Virus record (IMG/VR): IMGVR_UViG_3300034683_000092
Coordinates: 32,584 to 96,583 of that record
Source: a virus
Length of the DNA: 64,000 nucleotides
Reading direction: 5' to 3' (one strand)
Shown: positions 58,710-64,000 of the stretch, one piece after another
Numbering within the stretch: position 1 is the stretch's first letter
How the letters are laid out: the number at the start of each line of letters is the position of its first letter
Program-made: the position numbers and the translations under genes
The notes under the pieces: model-generated
What the model was told of the DNA's origin: nothing
Database searches by the model: none
Seen by the model: only the letters and a program-made list of their open reading frames with translations

Positions 58710-59408
58710 TTAATGCCTTTTTAATCTTTGCTCAGTACCAGTGTTTTTAAACCTATTGTAGAACTCTCTTCTTCTAGGTATAAGAGTATTCATCTGCGTA
58801 AAGATCCTTTCTGCATCACCAAGACTTAATCTATTCGCATTTGTGTCACACTGTCCAACCCGCCATGAATAATCCTGCTCTGCATTAGTAAAAGATTGAG
58901 CTGTTATTTTACCCATGTCAAAAAGTATAGTATAATGCTTTAATTTGATATACGCTTCTAGAGCAGACGTTGTTTTAGCATCTGACTGTATCATAGGGAA
59001 TCCTTCTTCGTCTATGTTTATAGCGTTATAAACGATGTTTATAGCACCTTCTTCTTTAGATAAAAAAATAAAATCTTTATTTATAGAATACGTTATATCT
59101 AAAGACTGTGTTTTTAGACTTGGATCGTTTTGCTCATTCGCAAATTGCATATTTGAATCACCAGATGTTCTAACTGGTATTCCATTAACAGATATGTTTA
59201 TCTCTGAGACAAAGTCATCAGGTAGTTTACATCTATATTTTGAAAACTTTGAATCGTATGATTTGTTTATAAAAAGATTGCTATTGCCAACAAGCTCCAT
59301 AAATTGAATCGCATAGTCTATAGCAGCTTCTAACTCAATATCTGCCATTAGTGGATTTCTCATCAGTCTATCCACTATAACTTTTATACTTATATATTTA
59401 CCTTCCAT
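58710..59408 (-). CDS. Tail ring/tubular protein
   Basis: ~230 aa; LPDDF, DEEGFPMI, ALEAYI; directly upstream of the muzzle gene. Confidence 0.72.
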   Translation of the reverse strand: MEGKYISIKVIVDRLMRNPLMADIELEAAIDYAIQFMELVGNSNLFINKSYDSKFSKYRCKLPDDFVSEINISVNGIPVRTSGDSNMQFANEQNDPSLKTQSLDITYSINKDFIFLSKEEGAINIVYNAINIDEEGFPMIQSDAKTTSALEAYIKLKHYTILFDMGKITAQSFTNAEQDYSWRVGQCDTNANRLSLGDAERIFTQMNTLIPRRREFYNRFKNTGTEQRLKRH

Positions 59409-59409
59409 A

Positions 59410-59886
59410 TTATTTTAAATCTACATATTGAGTACCATTTGATATAGCTCTTTTAAAGAGCGTTCTAGAGACTCTCATTTGCCATATTGAGCGATTCTTT
59501 ATATTACTAAACCTTGGGTCGTAACACACTTTAAAATACCTATCTGCAATACGCCTTACTAATGTTTTTTGCTCTTTAGACTCTTCGTCTTGCCTCCATA
59601 AAATGTTGGTTGCAGCCCAGTCTATTGGAGCTGTATATTTAATGCTACCATCTGGCATTATCTTAGGCTCTACAGTATAACTATAAAAAGTTATTTCTCC
59701 AATATAAAATGGCAAATCGATTGTTCCATCTCTAACAAACATATCACCTAGATAGCTATTTGCCCTAGATACTATGTTTGAAAAGTCATTTAATGACATA
59801 TAATAGCCATCTGGTTTATTTTTCATAAAATACTTATACGCATCAAGCATATTTAAACTCCATCTAGCTCTTGGTCTTGGTCTCAT
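59410..59886 (-). CDS. IHF/HU-like protein of the crAss-like tail block
   Basis: G.IDLP..IGEI and PIDWxAT..LW; lies between two ring genes. Confidence 0.6.
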   Translation of the reverse strand: MRPRPRARWSLNMLDAYKYFMKNKPDGYYMSLNDFSNIVSRANSYLGDMFVRDGTIDLPFYIGEITFYSYTVEPKIMPDGSIKYTAPIDWAATNILWRQDEESKEQKTLVRRIADRYFKVCYDPRFSNIKNRSIWQMRVSRTLFKRAISNGTQYVDLK

Positions 59887-60567
59887 TTATTGTTTTTTAT
59901 TTAAATCGTCTGATGCATTATTAACCTCGTCGCTGTTTAACCTGGAACTTCTTAAAAGCCTTTCTACAATGACTTCTATTAGAGTTGATTGTAACGAGTC
60001 TTCTAATGGAAATTCAATGTCTAGCATGTCAAATCCATTCTTATCTTCATTAAAGAAGAAAACCTCTCGTGGGTTATCAAATACAGCAGTTAGATTTACT
60101 GATTTTAAATACTGTATTGCATTTCCATTAGATTTTGCTATAAGCTTATTATTTTTATCTAAAGAGAAATAGATCATTTTGTTTAGAAATTGATTGTTTC
60201 CAACAAATCTAATTCTTTCGTATGGAACAAAAGACATGTGTATTCCATTTAAGTCATTACCAACTGAGCTAATAGATACGCTTGAGTCTAAAGCTCCAAT
60301 GCTTACCATTTGAGGAATATAAGAAGTGCTTATAAGCTCATTTGTAGACAGTCCTAAATCATCGTTTTTCTGCTCAAATGAGACTTTGACTGTTTGAGTA
60401 TTAGAACTAGGTATCCGTTTTCTTACATCTGAATACTTTTGTTTTAATAACATAGATCTATATTTATCGATTAAATAAGATATATGTGCATCGTTATATA
60501 GCGAATCGTCAGATGTCGCTCTTATTTGGTCTAGTATTATATATACTAATTCTCTGTATGTACTCAT
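59887..60567 (-). CDS. Tail ring protein (true start MSTYRELV at 60567)
   Basis: TYRELVYxILD, YRxMLLKQxY, AVFDNP, FPLE. The track start at 60582 lies inside the IscB element. Confidence 0.72.
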   Translation of the reverse strand: MSTYRELVYIILDQIRATSDDSLYNDAHISYLIDKYRSMLLKQKYSDVRKRIPSSNTQTVKVSFEQKNDDLGLSTNELISTSYIPQMVSIGALDSSVSISSVGNDLNGIHMSFVPYERIRFVGNNQFLNKMIYFSLDKNNKLIAKSNGNAIQYLKSVNLTAVFDNPREVFFFNEDKNGFDMLDIEFPLEDSLQSTLIEVIVERLLRSSRLNSDEVNNASDDLNKKQ

Positions 60568-61850
60568 ATTAAATTTCGGCAAGGAAACCCATGTATTGAT
60601 GCATGGGAGGAATTGCCACTATTCCTTCTTTCTATTAATAATGTTCTTCTTATTTCTACTAACCGTAATGTCTTGCAGTTGACACTGCCTTTGTCGACTT
60701 TGGTTCCGTTCAACCTGCGAATATCGAAATAACCACTCTTTCTTCTTCCGAACACATAAAACAGTTCTTTCTGATATTCCACTAAGTCAAACAGTCTAAA
60801 TCCTTTTACCGTGAAAGGAGCCTGATTGAGCTTCTTCTTGCCGCCTTTCAGAATATTAGCCTTATGTAACTGTCTGTTCTGACATCTTACTTTCCTTTGA
60901 TAGAAGTAATATCCAAGAGGCTTAGCTTGCGGGTTTCCGCTTATACAGCGAGCATCAACATAGTGCTCCTTTGGGAGCCCATTAACAATACGGGTATTCT
61001 TAGTGATATATCCGAATGTCATAGATACATTGGAATATATTTGCTTCAGTCTTTCAAGAAAAGCCCATCGCATAACGCCCATAAATGAGGCGTCTCGGAA
61101 TGAAGCCCCACGTTTCACCTTTAGCTCAAACTTACCAGAATGATAAGCCTTGTGACAGGTCTCGCACAACGTGATAAGGTTGCTTGGGCTATTGCCTCCA
61201 GTCTTTCTCGACTCAAGGTGGTGTACATTGAGAATCTTATTTCCGCTCTTCCCATGACAATGCTGGCATGTATGCCTGTCACGCCAAAGAACGTATTCAC
61301 GGATATTCCAAAATCCCATCTGCTCTCCATTCTGATAATCTTCGCCATCAACATTTGGATTCTTTATCTTCTGAATGTCAAAAGATGCAGTTTCGACGAC
61401 AATTTTTGATATAGGAAGTATTTTGTAAGCGTCCATCACAACCGTCAAGTGAGTCTGTATTTTGTTCTCGATAGACGGAGCCATCCATCCTTTATGCTTT
61501 GACGATACCCGATTATTAAATCGAGCCTTACGATAACGAAGCCTGCTTCTACGTGTTCTTCTCTGTTCTCTACGTGTAGAGATCTTATCCACAATGTCGT
61601 TCCTAAGCTCAACGTTTGCAGCATACAAATCTTTTTTATCTGTCGTAGCGCATACGCCTATGAATTTACTTCCTGCGTCTATTCCCAACGTTATTGGCTG
61701 CGTGATTTCAGTTGTATCATAGTCCAATTGAATTGTAAACGGAATATGTCGCACGACATGAGCAAGACCACTTTTCAACAGTCGTCTTACTTTTCCATGT
61801 CTATCTGTAGGCATCAATGCCTTCCCCTGTCTGTTTGTTACGTAAACCAT
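60564..61850 (-). CDS. iscB: IscB RNA-guided endonuclease (PLMP, split RuvC, bridge helix, HNH)
   Basis: ALMP, GIDAG (RuvC-I), RREQRRTRRSRLRYRKARF (RRXRR), VVE (RuvC-II), CQHC..HH..GGN...NL.TLCETCH (HNH), HYVDA (RuvC-III). Confidence 0.95.
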   Translation of the reverse strand: MVYVTNRQGKALMPTDRHGKVRRLLKSGLAHVVRHIPFTIQLDYDTTEITQPITLGIDAGSKFIGVCATTDKKDLYAANVELRNDIVDKISTRREQRRTRRSRLRYRKARFNNRVSSKHKGWMAPSIENKIQTHLTVVMDAYKILPISKIVVETASFDIQKIKNPNVDGEDYQNGEQMGFWNIREYVLWRDRHTCQHCHGKSGNKILNVHHLESRKTGGNSPSNLITLCETCHKAYHSGKFELKVKRGASFRDASFMGVMRWAFLERLKQIYSNVSMTFGYITKNTRIVNGLPKEHYVDARCISGNPQAKPLGYYFYQRKVRCQNRQLHKANILKGGKKKLNQAPFTVKGFRLFDLVEYQKELFYVFGRRKSGYFDIRRLNGTKVDKGSVNCKTLRLVEIRRTLLIERRNSGNSSHASIHGFPCRNLI

Positions 61851-62100
61851 TATTGTTAATTTAAAATACTGTAAGTCGGATTTCTCCGTTAAATGCTCAT
61901 CGCCAATGTTATAGGGAGGTTTTGTGTGCCAGCAACACTGTTCCTACCTCACAGAACTGTTTAATCACTGACCGCAGAGCAAGGAACTTGAACAAACATT
62001 CCTTTGTGCCTATATATTCTACCCTAACGTAGCACCGAGGTGCTTAGGCTAATCAGTCAAGGCTTCTACAAGCCTGCCCCTTCAGGGGTGGGTAACTGAC
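60568..62100 (-). mobile_element. Non-autonomous IS200/IS605-family IscB element (omega-RNA + iscB, no tnpA)
   Basis: Begins GTCAGTTACCCACCCCTGAAGGGG; ends with hairpin GGCAATTCCTCCCATG...CATGGGTTTCCTTGCC (60578-60617) just before ATGA; visibly more GC-rich than the flanks. Confidence 0.88.
61865..62100 (-). ncRNA. omega-RNA (HEARO-type) scaffold
   Basis: GTCAGT...ACTGAT terminal stem, CCCCTGAAGGGG and GGCTTGTAGAAGCC hairpins, AGCCTAAG, CTACGTT, CTCTGCG, AACATTGGCGATG blocks directly upstream of iscB; 3' end approximate. Confidence 0.88.
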
Positions 62101-62119
62101 ATTTATTATTATAATTTTG

Positions 62120-62151
62120 CAAAATTAATAAAACAATAACCAATTATCAAC
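62120..62151 (-). promoter_or_regulatory. Putative Bacteroidota sigma-A promoter (-7 TAATTTTG; weak -33 GTTG)
   Basis: Exact TAnnTTTG on the - strand at 62127-62120, part of a 16-bp palindrome; GTTG 20 nt upstream. Confidence 0.55.
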
Positions 62152-62164
62152 ATGATACAAAAAA

Positions 62165-62229
62165 AAATCACACTATATGATAAGATTTAAAACGCTATTT
62201 AACGCTAAATTTACTATATAGTGTGATTT
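62165..62229. repeat. 14-bp inverted repeat with a 37-nt spacer
   Basis: AAATCACACTATAT ... ATATAGTGTGATTT; spacer has AACGCTA twice. Confidence 0.75.
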
Positions 62230-62232
62230 ATA

Positions 62233-62547
62233 TTATACCGTTTTCTTTTTAATAAAATAATTTTTATAAGAAAACTTAATTCTTTCATTCAGGTAATTGT
62301 CATTTGACTGATTCAAATATGCCTCACGTTCAAAAGGATTATCCTTGTATCCGTACAGAGCATAATAATAGATATATATTATATAAAACAATACATAATA
62401 TAATTCTTTCATTTGTGCCGTATGAATTAATTCGTGATTTATTATTTTCTTTGATATTTTAACTCCTTTTCTAGCAAATAAAACACCAAATAAGTTTATT
62501 GCAGAGAATCCTTTGAATGGAATAATGTTATTATATACTATCTTCAT
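62233..62547 (-). CDS. Small HExxH metallopeptidase-like protein (DUF4157-like)
   Basis: INHELIHTAQ...NPFEREAY with an intervening hydrophobic segment. Confidence 0.72.
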   Translation of the reverse strand: MKIVYNNIIPFKGFSAINLFGVLFARKGVKISKKIINHELIHTAQMKELYYVLFYIIYIYYYALYGYKDNPFEREAYLNQSNDNYLNERIKFSYKNYFIKKKTV

Positions 62548-62754
62548 TTTACAATATCTGCATTATTAAATTACTTACTATTATTTAGTACATAGTTAAA
62601 CAGTTCCTAACACTTAAATCAAAACTGAACGATAAAGCATTGTATATCACCAACTATTTGACTTATATAAATAAGTTACTCGCAACCTAATACGTATTAC
62701 CATTTGCTTTATTTATATCTTTATTATTTATTTAGTAATCAGTTTAGGCTTGAG

Positions 62755-63060
62755 CTAAATGATTCCTGCCTCTGTGCACCAACGTTTAACGTCCTCTGAA
62801 TACCTATTAAACGCTAAGTAATCAGCATCCGTTTTATCTGCAATTCCTTTACGAAGAGCCGCTTCACGTGCATCATCGCTAAACTCTGCACGAATAAAAG
62901 CTGCAATTACCTTGTCACGAGTAACAGGATGTTCAACTCTCACAACTAAAGCTGAAACTTGATTGTCAGCTTCTTCTTGCACATTAAGGTGCACTAGGCT
63001 ATGCCCTGTACCTAAATCCTGAATAGTTTCAGGAATAGAATCGAAAATAAGTTTTTCCAT
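62755..63060 (-). CDS. Hypothetical protein downstream of the DGR-type RT
   Basis: 101-aa ORF, 14 nt after the RT stop. Confidence 0.7.
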   Translation of the reverse strand: MEKLIFDSIPETIQDLGTGHSLVHLNVQEEADNQVSALVVRVEHPVTRDKVIAAFIRAEFSDDAREAALRKGIADKTDADYLAFNRYSEDVKRWCTEAGII

Positions 63061-63074
63061 AATTTTTTTTTTAA

Positions 63075-64000
63075 TTAAATTGTTCCCTCAAAATAATAAC
63101 CTCTATCCTGGAGTATAACCACATCTGTAAGAGGTAACTCAGATCGATCTACTTTTTCCAAGACGTTAATCAAATATTGATAGCTACCACAGAGGAATAA
63201 TTTTTCACCTCTGTATAGTATCTGCATATCTACACGCATTCGATCATTCTTGATAGATGGTAATATGCGATAATCAAGAATCTCAATTTTTTCGCCTACA
63301 ACTTTATCAATCTTGACCTTACGGCCGTCAAATGGCCGCTCTATTTTTATCCCTAAATTAGCTAAACTACCCATGTGATTATTATCATTTGTAATTGTTT
63401 TATCAATTAAATTACGGCTGTTACAATGCTTCATAATGCCCATATAGCTAGCCATTGAGGTTGGACTATGACGTTTCTTTATCATAGACTTTTTAATACT
63501 TTTCCTCACTTTTGTGTAGCCTGGAAAAAACACATAACCTCCCATATCAATGCCATCTTTAACACGACCTATTCTTCGGTTTTCCTTTAGTTCTAGTTTC
63601 AGATTGTACCATAAAAAGTTTCCAATGCCCCACATTATACGATGTAAGTCCTGTTTTGAATCTGATAATATTAGCATATCATCGGCATATCTAAAGTAAT
63701 GTTTAACTCTTAATTCTTGCTTAATATATCTATCAAGCGAACGAAGTATAACATGACTAAGCAACTGAGAGTCTGGACTACCGATTAACAATCCCTTATG
63801 ACTATAATTCATTTCGTCAAGTAACCAAAGCAACTCTTTATCCTTGCAATCACGCCTGTAACATAATGCCAATACATCATTATCAACTGATTCATAGAAC
63901 TTTTTAATATCTAATTTCAAATAATAAACCGACTCTGGTAATAAGATAGCTCTTTTTATCTTTTTGTTCATATTGTATACTTTGTTTCGGCTTGTAATGC
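63075..64000 (-). CDS. DGR-type reverse transcriptase, 5'-truncated by the window edge, with fused C-terminal domain
   Basis: YYLKLDIKKFYxSVD, GLLIGSPDSQ (IGxxxSQ, DGR-like), YFRYADD, GIDMGGY; frame is open beyond 63971. Confidence 0.88.
   Translation of the reverse strand, partial: ITSRNKVYNMNKKIKRAILLPESVYYLKLDIKKFYESVDNDVLALCYRRDCKDKELLWLLDEMNYSHKGLLIGSPDSQLLSHVILRSLDRYIKQELRVKHYFRYADDMLILSDSKQDLHRIMWGIGNFLWYNLKLELKENRRIGRVKDGIDMGGYVFFPGYTKVRKSIKKSMIKKRHSPTSMASYMGIMKHCNSRNLIDKTITNDNNHMGSLANLGIKIERPFDGRKVKIDKVVGEKIEILDYRILPSIKNDRMRVDMQILYRGEKLFLCGSYQYLINVLEKVDRSELPLTDVVILQDRGYYFEGTI

Noticed and set aside
60568-60582. Track start MPKFN for the ring gene
   Set aside because: It lies within the IscB element end; the ATG at 60567 is the better start.
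31468-61409. Plus-strand ORFs inside the virion block and iscB, and off-frame ORF 61121
   Set aside because: Antisense or off-frame shadows; Ser/Leu/Phe-rich composition typical of the reverse frame.
61851-62232. CRISPR array associated with IscB
   Set aside because: No repeat-spacer periodicity; a single omega-RNA only.
62548-62754. DGR template repeat downstream of the RT
   Set aside because: AT-rich, not AAC-codon-rich, and I saw no near-duplicate elsewhere in the window by eye. A self-BLAST would confirm.
1-64000. Stop-codon reassignment (TAG or TGA), as in some crAss-like phages
   Set aside because: ORFs up to 11.7 kb are uninterrupted under the standard code, and TAG/TGA terminate genes at sensible boundaries (e.g. 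10587, 31174, 52386).

Overview
64 kb of an AT-rich, gene-dense phage genome, most consistent with a crAss-like phage (Crassvirales) infecting Bacteroidota. The standard genetic code reads throughout. The left arm (1-31119, + strand) has many small accessory genes and an aberrant tRNA-like element. It then carries replication genes: a DnaB-like helicase, an AAA_24-type ATPase split by a 285-nt group I intron, an SSB-like protein, a primase, two PD-(D/E)xK nucleases and a shrunken, degenerate family-B polymerase. It also has a 7-gene amide/peptide-ligase module (ATP-grasp, class I and class II glutamine amidotransferases, two GS-fold amidoligases, two unknown paralogues) and nucleotide-metabolism genes including thyX. 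The right arm (31174-64000, - strand) is the virion block. It holds a 3897-aa virion RNA polymerase polyprotein (DFDVD motif, two HExxH motifs, a nuclease domain), a 2586-aa cargo protein with an SF1 helicase domain, two smaller cargo proteins, muzzle, ring and IHF-like genes. An intact IscB/omega-RNA element is inserted exactly at the ATGA start of the first gene of this operon. At the right edge is a 5'-truncated DGR-type reverse transcriptase with a fused ~100-aa C-terminal domain. All family assignments come from motif recognition by eye; no searches were run.
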